Below are positions 1 through 12,620 of a stretch of 36,817 nucleotides of DNA, piece after piece. This stretch comes from Octopus bimaculoides. Lineage: Eukaryota. Each line of letters begins with the position of its first letter. The stretch's first letter is position 1. Location: the NCBI RefSeq assembly GCF_001194135.2, contig NC_068995.1, positions 35,175,693-35,212,509 of the forward strand. Direction: 5' to 3'. The translations under genes were made by a program, and so were the position numbers. The notes beneath the pieces are model-generated. The model saw only the letters and a program-made list of their open reading frames with translations, was not told the origin of the DNA and did not search any database.

Positions 1-38
<38 letters not shown>
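1..38. repeat. (GA)n microsatellite
   Basis: Pure GA run at the window start. Confidence 0.98.
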
Positions 39-41
<3 letters not shown>

Positions 42-144
42 TAGTAATGCAATACAACGAAATGAAACAAAACACTTCAACATTAACGGTAAGTTTTGAA
101 GCATTTGTGATTGATATTATCTGTCAGCTATATGTACATATATA

Positions 145-450
145 CTTACATACATAATACATACATACATACATACATACATACATACACGCATACATAC
201 TTATAGACAGATACACATACACGAGCATGCACACACATGCATATACACACACGCACGCACACGTATACACACATGTATGTCTGTGTATATATCCAGATAG
301 ACAGGATAGATCGATAGATAGAATCACACACACACACACACATATGTATATATACATACATATATGAATGTATGTATAGACATATTTGTATACATGTATG
401 TATACGCACACACACACACACACACGCACGCACACACGCACACACACACA
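145..450. repeat. Compound (TACA)n/(CA)n/(TA)n microsatellite
   Basis: Direct reading; it explains ORFs 124..447 and 146..598. Confidence 0.95.
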
Positions 451-994
451 TTCCTTCGAAACCTCTTTGGTAATTTATATGGATTGGATGAGATAGGAAA
501 ATCAGTGTGGCTAATGTATTAATCAGTGGACCATGAAATTGGGGACTTAAGCTAAAGTAAAGCCTTTTCCAGTTGATCGTCAACTCACTGTAAAACACTG
601 GACGTCCAGAAATATGTGCAAGTGGACGTCAACGTCAGTTTTAAGTAGATACGTCGTAAAGAATGTTTTCTCGGATTATAATGTTTTACTTGATGGTTGT
701 ATAAGATTGTTGTCAAGGGTACTCTTAAAAAATTCTTAATATAGTTTGAAATCTCAAACTTAAGTATTTTCGAAACATTCATTTCTTTCTCGGCTATATG
801 AATGTTATAAAGTGCCATATGAGCATGGAATAGAAACCAGATTACATACTGAATTATGTCTTTTCCAATACAAATTATCGACACGAAAATCTGATAACTT
901 TTAGTCCATTGTAAGCCGTTGAATATACAATTTTATTAGAGCTATTTCTTATTGTCGACATTTTAAGAATGGAAGGAATAAGAAGTCAGCATCC

Positions 995-1022
995 GCGGCC
1001 GTGTGGTAAGAAGCTTGCTTCC
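995..1022 (+). mobile_element. 5' fragment of tRNA-derived SINE family A
   Basis: gcggccgtgtggtaagaagcttgcttcc matches the reverse complement of 4355-4385 and the head of the 18672 copy. Confidence 0.65.
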
Positions 1023-1057
1023 GTATAGCGTCTTGGCGGTGCGACGTTTTTTGTTTA

Positions 1058-1440
1058 ATGGAAGGGTATTGCATAATGAATTACGAAAATTTGAGTTCTT
1101 CTTCAAACTTTATGTCGTCTGAGGAAGAATTGGTGAAATGTTTAAAGAAGATTGACACAGTGGTGGAAACGCGGAATTATGCTGCAGCGGCAAAGGGTAA
1201 AATGGAGGATATAAGTCTGGAAGAGCTGAGCAAGTTTAAAGAAATATTTGAAAGGGAGGGGAACGACGTGAAAGTGTTCCCCACCCGAAAGAAGTGTTGA
1301 AGGTTAAGGAAGAAAGAACGATTGTGTAGAGAACATACGCGATGGCAACAAGAAAAATAGTGGTGTCGGAGGCACAAGTTGAAAAAGCGTTGTGGCCAGT
1401 CTGGCAAGTGATGTCGTACCTTGCCAGAAGAAAAAAGATA
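1058..1440 (+). pseudogene. N-terminal fragment of gag-like retroelement ORF1
   Basis: From 1342 it reads MATRKIVVSEAQVEKALWPVWQVMSYLARRKK, which aligns with MATKEAIEKCL*PIWQNITYIVRVKR at 27897. The upstream frame has a YAAAAK motif typical of LINE ORF1. Confidence 0.55.
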
Positions 1441-2720
1441 TTCCAGAAACTTAACGAAACACATAATGTACCCGATGCATAAAGAAAATAGCAGAGTGGA
1501 ATCTAACAATTATAGGCCTATCTCTCTTAGTGGGTCCTTATAGAGCCCAGTTCATGATGATAAAGTAAGAGAAAAACGTTGTCACACTTACATCTACAGC
1601 TTGAGTGCAGTCTCTGGGATGGAATGTATTCAGGACCTAGAGGCACTGATGGTGGACCGAGTAGAGTGGCGTTGGACTTTGTTGCTGCGGTCCGGGTTCG
1701 AACGCAGCCATAGTAATAAATATCTCTCTAACCTCACATGTCAGCAAGGTCATGAAACGCATTGTCAGGATGTGATATACCTCGATTTTGCCATGGCCTT
1801 TGATAAGTTTGATCATGGAATGATATGCCACAAGCTACAGAGTGTCGTTACATGACTTCTTGAAAGGCAGAAGCCAGGCTCTACCAGCCAATGGGACCCT
1901 TTCTAAAGAGAGAGTAATAGAGTGTGGAATGATTCAGGGAACTACCTCGGGGCTGCAGCTGTTTATGAAGGTTCTTTTGAACATGTTATCAGTTACCACA
2001 TACAAATACACTTCCTAGCTATGTCGACAAAACAAAAGTAGTAGAAGCAGTCAAGTAACCTCTCGATGTTAATCTTCAAAGGGAAAACCATTTATATTTG
2101 GGGTGAAGAAAACAACAAACAATTTAATGCCGGAAAATTCCAAGCCCTCCACTATCAGACAGTTTGTGCTAACGTGCTGCAACAAAGATACAAGGAGCAG
2201 CAAACCCCGAGTTAAGTACAGTGCATGATCAGAGATTGAAACGAGCAACGACGCCTCATTTCACGTGCATATCATCAAGATGACGAATGACTGGATGTAT
2301 TCTGAGAACTTTCAGAATAAGGAACCAGGAAACTATTGTAGTTCTATAGAGAACATTTGTCCTCAGACGCCTGGACTACTGCTCTCAACTGTGGTCACCC
2401 CTCTTGGAAGATTGCATTGATGGAACAGCTAAACTATTGAGAGAGGTTGAAAGAGCTACCAGTCTACTCACTGGAACGAAGACGAGAGAGATATTCAGTG
2501 ATATACATATGTTATATCTCTGAAGGGTCAGTACCAAACTTTGGCATTAAGAGCAATATCAGCCCCCGAACTGGACGTTACTCCGTTGTCAGAAAGGTTC
2601 CAACCATCCCATAAAGCGCCATATACTGCAATGTCTTGGTTATTTGATACCTTGCCAAAACACGAGAGATAGATTGCCCGGGAGTGGGGTGGATGCTTCC
2701 AATAAACAACTTGATTTCCT
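1440..2720 (+). mobile_element. Degenerate CR1/L2-group LINE, RT and C-terminal region
   Basis: Frameshifted motifs NYRPISL (~1508), DVIYLDFAMAFDKFDHG (~1770), GMIQGTTSGLQLF (PQG box), SYVDKTK (YADD equivalent, ~2018), RTFVLRRLDYCSQLWSP, SLERRRERY and VPNFGI. Confidence 0.85.
1580..1712 (+). mobile_element. 3' end fragment of an RTE-type LINE nested in the CR1-like RT
   Basis: TYIYSLSAVSGMECIQDLEALMVDRVEWR resembles the RTE C-terminus (TYID..DTG....L...M.DR..WR). It interrupts the CR1 RT between NYRPISL and YLDF. Confidence 0.55.
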
Positions 2721-3365
2721 ACTGATACCGAAACACTGTGAGCCATTCGAAGAAACAGTAACCGCAACTTTAAGACCAGAAGGAGAAATTTAAAAAATGT
2801 AATTTGGAATGTGGTACGCAAATTACCGGTAACCCTAGAAGACATAAAGCGAAATACAGTAAAGGACAAGTTCATAACAGAAGTGAAAAGAGCACTGTGG
2901 TCAGGAAAAGTAAATAGGAACAGGATTTGTGCGAAACGAAACCAAGACATGAACCTATACTCAATTTGTGATGGCGTACTAATGTATGCACAAAATCTAG
3001 TGACACCCGAAACACTACAAAAGAAAATGCTGAGGCAATTTCATGTTGGACATTTTATGTTGGACATTTCATGCTGGACATCCTGGTATTTCGAGGACGA
3101 AAGCTCTACGGCGTAGCTCCGAGTACTGGCCAAAAATGGACAAAGAAATCGAAAATGTAATGAAAGGCTGTAGAGGATGTGCTCTAGCGGCAAAGTTACA
3201 GCCGATAAAAAGTGAAACTTGGTCAAAAGTAGATGTTCCCCGGTCGAAATTACACAGTGATTTCGCTGGTCCCTTAAATGGTTCATACTGCTTAGTGGTA
3301 GTTGACATTTTCTCTAAATGGCCAGAAATTTTTAAGTGTAAAACACTAACAACCTCCACTGTCCA
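2720..3365 (+). mobile_element. Ty3/gypsy LTR retrotransposon pol fragment (end of RNase H linker, integrase HHCC and first D)
   Basis: LPVTLEDIK..., VTPETLQKKMLRQFH-GHPGISR-K...YWPKMDKEIENVMKGCRGC, LHSDFAGPLNGSYCLVVVDIFSKWPE. It is truncated, with a frameshift at ~3045-3080. Confidence 0.92.
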
Positions 3366-3737
3366 AGTGAATATAGTTACAGATCATTGCATGTAATATG
3401 TTGTGTTAAAAGAAATTCCCACTTCAATGCCAAAGAAAGTTCGAAATCTAAAAGCAAGAATTGAACTGATAGCTTCTGTGACCATCACAGACGTCAAAAC
3501 TATTAAACTAGAATAACTTTCGATGTATCTTACTTCCGACTAGAAGTGTCATTCTTACAAGCAACAAAATCCATTTACATTATGAAGAAGATTGGAGAAG
3601 TGAAATAAATAATTTATCGGAACTTCCCAAAGGGGATAAAATCATAAATAAAGCGTGTAATATATTGTATTAGAAAACTCCTTGAATGCAAAAAAAAAAA
3701 ATGTCAGCGATTACCTGCTGAACACGAATTGGTATGT

Positions 3738-4060
3738 ATATATATATATGTATATACAACTATATGTATGCATGTATATATGTATGTATGTATGTATGTA
3801 TGTGTGTATGTATGTATTGTATGTATGTATGTATGCATGCACGTATGTATGTATGTATGTATGTATGTATTTAATATATGTAATGTATGTATGTATGCAT
3901 CTATGTATGCAGCTGTGTACGTATCTATCTACCTATCTATCTATATATATATATATGGGCGGGGTGTATGTGTGTTAATATATGTATATGCATATGTGTG
4001 TGTACATGTGTGTGTATGCGTGTGTGTGTGTGTATCTATGCATGTATATACTTAAATGTA
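3738..4060. repeat. Compound (TATG)n/(TA)n/(TG)n microsatellite
   Basis: Direct reading. Confidence 0.95.
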
Positions 4061-4109
4061 TATAGACATATTCATATATTATATATTATTTTATTATTTT
4101 ATGCTATTA

Positions 4110-4201
4110 CTTGTATCAGTCATTTGACTGCGGCTATACTGGAGCACCGCCTTTAGTCGAACAAATCGATCCCAGGACTTATTCTTTGCAACCTTAATAC
4201 T

Positions 4202-4241
<40 letters not shown>

Positions 4242-4385
4242 ATACGACAGATTTCTTTCAGTTTCCGTCTACCACATCCACTCACAAGGCCTTGTTCGGC
4301 CCGAGGCTATGGTAGAATACATTTGTGCAAGGTGAACCCGCAACCATGTGGTTTGGAAGCAAACTTCTTACCACACGGCCACGCT
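4110..4385 (-). mobile_element. tRNA-derived SINE family A, internally deleted, with internal (TA)n
   Basis: Both the head (4245-4385) and the tail (4110-4200) match the reverse complement of the 18672-19123 copy. Confidence 0.88.
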
Positions 4386-4589
4386 TGCATAAAAAAATAT
4401 ATGTAAACAAAAAATGTATATGTGTATACTCATATATACAATAAATATTTGCGTATTCATATGTATTATAAGTATCTCTGCGTGCGTGTGTGAATGTGCG
4501 CATGTTTGTGTGTGTGTACATATTTGCGTTACAACGAAGACATAACTTTTCGAGTTTTCAAATATAAGTTGCAAAGAGCTTTGTCTCTT

Positions 4590-4706
4590 CCCCATACATT
4601 CGTACATACATACATACATACATACATACATACATACATACATACATAATACATACATGCATACATACATACATACATACATACATACATACATACATAC
4701 ATACAC
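4590..4706. repeat. (TACA)n microsatellite
   Basis: Direct reading. Confidence 0.97.
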
Positions 4707-5172
4707 GGATATATGCATCTCTCCAAAGATGTCAAGAGAGTGGGAGAGCATGGATGTATAAACAAATAAAAATTCCATTAAACGATTCTATAAATATCAT
4801 GCTAACATATGAATCTAAAATTCTGTAAGTATCAGATATCTATAGATATTAATATGCGTAGCGAAAACAAATAAATATAAAGCAAAACAAAACTAAATGA
4901 ATATTACAATGCTGAAATATCATAACACTTCAAGAGCGATATCGATTTCATCAAAATCTTTTCTTTCCATTTTATTTGAATTCGGTTTGCAAGACATCAT
5001 ATTGAAAAAAATATGCTATCCCCTAGTGTTCTCGCTTGATTGGCCAGCATTGATGCAAGTCCATTCACTGTATGAATAAGCATCAGAAATCACTATTTTC
5101 GATTACTGTAATATCTGCAGTTGATTCTAGCTAAATGACTATGGTTGTGAATGGAATCTGGCACTTGGAAAG

Positions 5173-5175
<3 letters not shown>

Positions 5176-5226
<51 letters not shown>
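5176..5226. repeat. (CT)n microsatellite
   Basis: Direct reading. Confidence 0.98.
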
Positions 5227-5230
<4 letters not shown>

Positions 5231-5626
5231 GTCGAGTTGAAAAAGCGAAACGTTAAATGTCACTCTTTCACTCATTTTTTCCGTTACAGATGTTTAGATT
5301 TGAAACAGTTTTCAAATAGTATAAGAAACGAAACATAAAATTTGTAATTCAATGGAAATATACATATCTGAAAAAACTCTGCCACGTCCACAAACAGCGA
5401 TACGAGCGCGCAGTTTTATTTTATTTTGGTAATAAAACTAATACCGTTTACTTCCTCAATGTGCTAGATTAATAAATTTAATTGACAAACATTAAAGGAA
5501 TAATATCTCAGAATACCTTGTTTCCAGAGTTCTAAATATTTTCTATTCCATTTCACGTATAATTAGAGAGATAAAACAATTATAATCTTGCCACAAAATT
5601 TAATATTATTGTCTTTAAGTGTGTGG

Positions 5627-5669
5627 ATGTATCCTTCCGTACTCTCTTCGATATTACTGGTTATCTCAG
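5627..5669 (+). CDS. Candidate first coding exon, signal-peptide-like (MYPSVLSSILLVIS+G, phase 1)
   Basis: Acceptor gtctttaag| at 5619, ATG at 5627, hydrophobic stretch, donor CAG|gtacag at 5670. No homology recognised. Confidence 0.25.
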
Positions 5670-6066
5670 GTACAGTAATTCTTGATACACTTGTAAAATC
5701 ACGAGGAGAAATGATGACTAGAAATTAATAGATATGATAATATCTGCAAATTTACGTTGCCGCAACTATCAGCTTTAATTTGTTGCCAGTCGCGGACATT
5801 TAGAAGATTTGGTATTTATGATGATATAACGTAATGAGCTCCTAACTCGCAATGGATGGAAAATGTGTAATAAATAATATTTGGGAAACTGGCCAATACT
5901 GAAAGGTCAGGATAAAATTGTAAGAGCATATCTGTTATTAAGACTTATGATATTTTAAAGTCTATCTACATTAAATTATACTAATATTACATGCATATTT
6001 TTATGCTTATCATTCGCAAATGATTAATACATTTTTTTGTTTAAGTTAAGATATATATACATACAT

Positions 6067-6658
6067 NNNNNNNNNNNNNNNNNNNNNNNNNNNNNNNNNN
6101 NNNNNNNNNNNNNNNNNNNNNNNNNNNNNNNNNNNNNNNNNNNNNNNNNNNNNNNNNNNNNNNNNNNNNNNNNNNNNNNNNNNNNNNNNNNNNNNNNNNN
6201 NNNNNNNNNNNNNNNNNNNNNNNNNNNNNNNNNNNNNNNNNNNNNNNNNNNNNNNNNNNNNNNNNNNNNNNNNNNNNNNNNNNNNNNNNNNNNNNNNNNN
6301 NNNNNNNNNNNNNNNNNNNNNNNNNNNNNNNNNNNNNNNNNNNNNNNNNNNNNNNNNNNNNNNNNNNNNNNNNNNNNNNNNNNNNNNNNNNNNNNNNNNN
6401 NNNNNNNNNNNNNNNNNNNNNNNNNNNNNNNNNNNNNNNNNNNNNNNNNNNNNNNNNNNNNNNNNNNNNNNNNNNNNNNNNNNNNNNNNNNNNNNNNNNN
6501 NNNNNNNNNNNNNNNNNNNNNNNNNNNNNNNNNNNNNNNNNNNNNNNNNNNNNNNNNNNNNNNNNNNNNNNNNNNNNNNNNNNNNNNNNNNNNNNNNNNN
6601 NNNNNNNNNNNNNNNNNNNNNNNNNNNNNNNNNNNNNNNNNNNNNNNNNNNNNNNNNN
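6067..6658. other. Assembly gap
   Basis: N run flanked by TA/CA microsatellites. Confidence 1.
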
Positions 6659-6815
<157 letters not shown>

Positions 6816-7439
6816 ATAATAATATTAGAGATAAAAATCCAAATTTACTAGTTTAAACTATACCATCGTTTAGATAAGTGTTATTTCTATTATTAATTTA
6901 ACTTAAAACCTCGTTTAAATTGTATTTTAAACGAAAGATTCGTTAAAATTAGTTTTTGAATATAATATTTCTGTTAGTTTATATTATAATAAACGTAAAG
7001 TTAATTATGGAACGTTTATAATTTGGATATTTTTTATAATATTTTTCTATCTCAATATAATAAGTATTTTATATGCATTCATTTGTTATATATTGTTGGT
7101 TGATATATACATTCGTTTATTATTATTATTGTTGTATTTTGACCTGAAGATTAGCTATATTTTTGAATAGAATTGATTTTAGATAATTTTAATCGATTTA
7201 AATATTTTTTCTATTTGAAAATTTAGTGTAGCCGTTTTATTATCATTATCTTATGATATTTGCTTTGTATTATATTATACTTATTCATTGTGCTTTTACT
7301 TATTAATTTTTCTATATGTGACTGTGGATTTTCATCGTTGGTCCTTTTCTCTAAAACCATATATACAGACATATATATATATACGCATATATATATGCAT
7401 ATACATATACATATATAAATATACACATTTACATATGCA

Positions 7440-7490
<51 letters not shown>

Positions 7491-8244
7491 NNNNNNNNNN
7501 NNNNNNNNNNNNNNNNNNNNNNNNNNNNNNNNNNNNNNNNNNNNNNNNNNNNNNNNNNNNNNNNNNNNNNNNNNNNNNNNNNNNNNNNNNNNNNNNNNNN
7601 NNNNNNNNNNNNNNNNNNNNNNNNNNNNNNNNNNNNNNNNNNNNNNNNNNNNNNNNNNNNNNNNNNNNNNNNNNNNNNNNNNNNNNNNNNNNNNNNNNNN
7701 NNNNNNNNNNNNNNNNNNNNNNNNNNNNNNNNNNNNNNNNNNNNNNNNNNNNNNNNNNNNNNNNNNNNNNNNNNNNNNNNNNNNNNNNNNNNNNNNNNNN
7801 NNNNNNNNNNNNNNNNNNNNNNNNNNNNNNNNNNNNNNNNNNNNNNNNNNNNNNNNNNNNNNNNNNNNNNNNNNNNNNNNNNNNNNNNNNNNNNNNNNNN
7901 NNNNNNNNNNNNNNNNNNNNNNNNNNNNNNNNNNNNNNNNNNNNNNNNNNNNNNNNNNNNNNNNNNNNNNNNNNNNNNNNNNNNNNNNNNNNNNNNNNNN
8001 NNNNNNNNNNNNNNNNNNNNNNNNNNNNNNNNNNNNNNNNNNNNNNNNNNNNNNNNNNNNNNNNNNNNNNNNNNNNNNNNNNNNNNNNNNNNNNNNNNNN
8101 NNNNNNNNNNNNNNNNNNNNNNNNNNNNNNNNNNNNNNNNNNNNNNNNNNNNNNNNNNNNNNNNNNNNNNNNNNNNNNNNNNNNNNNNNNNNNNNNNNNN
8201 NNNNNNNNNNNNNNNNNNNNNNNNNNNNNNNNNNNNNNNNNNNN
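7491..8244. other. Assembly gap
   Basis: N run following (TA)n. Confidence 1.
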
Positions 8245-8350
8245 GCAGAAACAAGGAAAATGCCCCTTGTATTTGAATACTATGCAAATATTCTTTTAAA
8301 AAGCTTTTCTTTTAATTTTTCCAAAATTTAATTGTTTTCCATACTTACAG

Positions 8351-8377
8351 TTGAAAAGGTCTCAATGACTGAAACCG
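8351..8377 (+). CDS. Candidate 27-nt phase 1-1 microexon (xEKVSMTET+G)
   Basis: Good acceptor ttgttttccatacttacag|, donor CCG|gtattg, frame open and compatible with the 5627 exon. Confidence 0.25.
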
Positions 8378-8469
8378 GTATTGAAACGTATTTTATAAAA
8401 TTATTTTAGCATTTTCTACCTTGACTTTTTTTCCATATATATCAACTCATGTGTTCCTTTTCAACCTTC

Positions 8470-8517
<48 letters not shown>

Positions 8518-9711
8518 CATTCATCTGTTAGTGTGAATTAATTCAATGACAAGGAAACAATAATAGGGAATCAACTTCATTACTTCGTTAGGTTATAGAT
8601 GCTTCTGCTAAAAGTTGTGCTCTCAGAGCTGTTGAAATGAAGTGTTCGAAATGAATATGCACTTCGTTTTAAAGGCTCTGAAGAAGTTATCAGAAGACAC
8701 ACACACATACAGCTTAGGGTGTATTGCTTCTTATGGCAGAAAAACAGTAAACTAATGAAATTAACGAAACAGATTATGCAGTTCCTATTTCTTAGTTATT
8801 CAGTTAATTCATATAACACTCTGTACGTGCCTAACGCTTTATTCTGATGCATATGTGTATTGGAATCTAACAACACGTTATCAGTATTTCTATGCCTAAG
8901 TGACAGTATAGACATATATATGTGTGTGTAGTTTTCTCTGTGTGCATGTCTGTATGTATGTGAATGTGTGCGTACTTGTGCATGTGTGTGCGTATGTGTA
9001 TACGTGTTTGTAAATATAAACTCTTACATATGACCTAAGGAAAACATTGTTATAACATATTATATTAATTGATATTTACAAATTTAAATATAAGCTATTA
9101 TCTCTTTTTGTCCGTTTAATTAAATGCAGAACTATAGATTTACACCAAATATTGATAAATTATGTATAGATATAATCCGTTATAGTCATGCGAAATATAC
9201 TTACACCATACACTTAATTTGTTAGGCTCTAATAAAAATAAAGACAAAAGCAAAAAGAGTAATTGTTTACAGCAGCATTTGATTAACACAAAAACAAGAC
9301 AATGAATAAAACATTCGCTGAATGTAAATGACTTGTTGATATTTCTACAGTATCCTCTCTTCTCAAAAAGGAAATAAATCATACTAAACAAAATAGAAAT
9401 ATTTTTCCTTGATTTGAAAGAACGAAAAAAAACTTTATTTCCCCAAAGTGTGCTCTTGATGTGAAACATCTCTGATGAAATAATTAAACCACAAACACAT
9501 CTGATTAAATGCAAAGCAACAAAATACACATACACGCAATGCATAAGTATGTTTACCTATGAAAGATAAATTACACATTTAAGCTAAAAGTTCATATAGT
9601 TTTGTTGATATCGTGCCGAGCACAATGGAATAGTAAATAGATTCAGAATGAAAATATTTTATATAAGCTACTAACGCCTTTGTGAAATGCAGTTATTCCA
9701 TTGATAATTAT

Positions 9712-9918
9712 TAGTTTCAAATTTTGGCATAAGGCTAGGAATTTCGTGTGTGAGGGTAAGTAAGTTACATCAATCCCTGTCTTCAACCGGTAGTTAATTT
9801 ATCGACCCCGTGTATGATAAGCAAAGAAAACCTCATCCAAATTTGAAATTTGAACGCAAAGACGGACGAGATGTCGCTAACAATTCGCCCTACGTGCTAA
9901 CGATTCCGTTAGTTCGCT
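9712..9918 (-). mobile_element. tRNA-derived SINE family B, degenerate near full-length copy
   Basis: The reverse complement matches 19683-19810 (agcgaactaacggaatcgttagcacg...ttcaaatttgg...tcgataaattaactacc). Confidence 0.8.
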
Positions 9919-10323
9919 GACTTATTCCAATGATGAATACAACCTTGTCCAATGGAAAGAAAGCATTATTATTGTCGTTATTAGTGGCTTAGTCACATAA
10001 TGCAGATTTTAATACAGAACATCAAGCGTAATTGTGCATTTCAGTAAAGTATACGACAATAAACTATAATTACTCAAGATATGTGCAGTAAGTCCTAACT
10101 ATGATTATAGGATTGATCATGTCCGAAAAAATGGTCAATAGAAGTGAAAAACTGCATTGTTTTGACAAGTCCTCCAGAGTAACAGATGTTCATGCAAAAT
10201 AAGAGGTTTTGGTCTTAAAGTTTAAATTTTCAGAGCGCTTCCATTATTTTCCGTCTAAGTCGCATTTTAGAAAGATCGTAAAATCATATTATTATCTATA
10301 TTAACTTCGTGATAATATTTACA

Positions 10324-10674
10324 GTGGAGGCGCAATGGCCCAGTGGTTAGGGCAGCAGACTCGCAGTCATAGGATCGCCGTTTCGATTCACAGACCGGGC
10401 GTTGTGAGTATTTATTGAGCGAAAACACCTAAAGGTCCACGAGGCTCCGGCAGGAGATGGTGGCGAACCCTGCTGTACTCCCTCTGAAATACAGACACAA
10501 CAGAAAGAAAGAAAGAGTCACACTGTGTCACGCTGAATATCCCCGAGAACTACGTTAAGGGTACATGTGTCTGTGGAGTACTCAGCCACTTGCACGTTAA
10601 TTTCACGAGCAGGCTGTTCCGTTGATCGGATCAACTGGAACCTTCGACGTCGTAAGCGACGGAGTGCCAACAAC
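10324..10674 (+). mobile_element. Full-length tRNA-derived SINE family C with (CAA)n tail and 10-bp TSD
   Basis: A box tggcccagtgg (10336-10346), B-box-like gtttcgattc (10380-10389), tail ccaacaacaa, direct repeat aatatttaca at 10314-10323 and 10675-10684. Confidence 0.9.
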
Positions 10675-11559
10675 AATATTTACAATTTTTCTTCCATATC
10701 GATAAAAGAAAGATTGTCTTGAAATTGACCACGCGGTTAGAGTGAAACTGGATCTTGTAACACTTAGATTATTTTTTTTAACTTTGCCTATACTTAGTTT
10801 CCGTTAATAATCTAGATATATTATCTAGTATATTATAGTATTGATACAAAATAACAGTAACGTAAAAGTAATTTATCAAACTAGCAGTCAAAAAGTGTTT
10901 CATACGCAAGTAGATCTCTTCAGTTTTCTTAATAATCGTAGATACATAATTTATTCGCTGTAGCGTATTCGTGAATCTTCGCAAGTCAGTCGGAAGGGTT
11001 GCTTTTACATATAATCGGAGATGATTTTGTTTGTACGTATGTATGAAGTATTTCCCTTTAGATTTAGTTTTCGTGGAATTCAGCTTACTTATAACGTCAC
11101 TATGCTTTTAAGTTTGAGTTTCTGGGATTTGTGAATAACGAAATGTGCACGTGTACGTATATAACTAGGAGCATCTGTGGATAAATTTGAATTTATGTAA
11201 TAGATGCATGTGTGTGTGTGTGTGTGTCCCACGCGCTAGGGACTGCGTGCATATATTGATTTTAAGAAGCTGGAGTAGATAATACCAATTTTTATCCTAC
11301 CTTTAATTCATTATGATACAAAGATGCTAATCAGTTGGCTTTGTTCTCTTTTTTGAAGAGCCTTCAGGTTGCATAGGCGTTCTTGCAAATTTGTAGTTCA
11401 AGTAAAAATCTATAATCTTCATATGAGATGTAATTTCCTTAGCAGTTTACCATAAATTATTGCCTTTTCTCTAATTTTAGACATTCACACAATCTCCCTC
11501 TTAGAACAGATTTCTGTTTATATTGAAATTTAAAGGACTGGAAACATTCTGGGATTTAA

Positions 11560-12620
11560 AGGACTGGAAGCATTCTGGTCCTGGAGTGCTTTGGGTATAA
11601 TCATCGGAACAAGTCTTGTTGTAGATAGCATTGTAAATATATTTATTAGCTACAGTATTACGTCGCATGAGAATGTAGTGTTTTCTGAACATTTTGAATA
11701 GTTAGTGAGAATATGGGTGGTTTATTCTACACTGATGCAGCACAATTACCATTTTCTATCACAAAAAGGAGACTTAGAAGCACTTTTATTCCTCTATGAG
11801 ATCAAGTATCTGTTAGTTATATCCTTCTTCTGGAAAGGAAAGTGATAACTTCTAGGTTAGATGTGAAGTACCTACCGCAACTCCAAAATACTACACCTGT
11901 TAGTGTCTTTGTTATTCTTGAGTTTGTGGAATATGTGCTCCGCATAGGTATCGTCTGATAACTGATGGGTGCTTTTTTCCATGTTCCAGTTCAAATGAAG
12001 TAATCCAGCCTCCCCTAATCCACATGCTACTGTTGCACAACCGAAGTATCTATTCAAGACTTCGCCACCCAATCCCATGATGTTATTTTTGCTGTTGTGT
12101 ATAGATAACATGTACTTGCTACCCGCTTCTCTTTGCTGTTCAATGTGAGTTGTCTCAGCGAAATGAAGCGTTACTCAACGGCTGCCTGGACGGAACTTAT
12201 ACCTCTATCCCCATGCTTTCGTTTAATACAGATCTTATCAGAATCACTCCTGATTTTGAATGTTGCTTATGAAGGCCAGTACATTTCATAATGTTCAAGT
12301 TTCGGAGCTCTTTGATTATCGAGATATTGGTCCTAGCATTAGAAGAGAGAAAGCATTATGGATTATGTTGTATTTCTATGCAGACAGATCAAACCTTTCT
12401 ATACTTTCCGAAGTTTACTGAAATATTATTTTGCTACGCTATCCTTTACTGACAGTTTCAATGGATGCAATAACCTCTTCAATTTTATATATTTCATCAT
12501 GAAATAAGCAAAGTGATGTTAACAACGCTACTGGTAATTTTTATGGTTAACACTATATTTTCAGCAATATGTATGCTGTCTACGACCATTATAATGACGG
12601 CTATTTAGATTCATTAACAG
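11560..12620 (-). mobile_element. Degenerate Dong/R4-like (RLE-type) LINE, C-terminal half
   Basis: Minus-strand frames give YFSKLRKV..A*KYNIIHNAF, SDSDKICIKRKHGDRG (RLY..R..GGRG equivalent), QEKDITNRYL, CDRK.*LCCISVE*TTHILT (CCHC relic) and LMRRNTVA (RHD equivalent). Confidence 0.7.

Noticed and set aside
10326-10400. tRNA gene
   Set aside because: It has no acceptor stem closure and continues into a SINE body with tail and TSD, so it is a SINE head.
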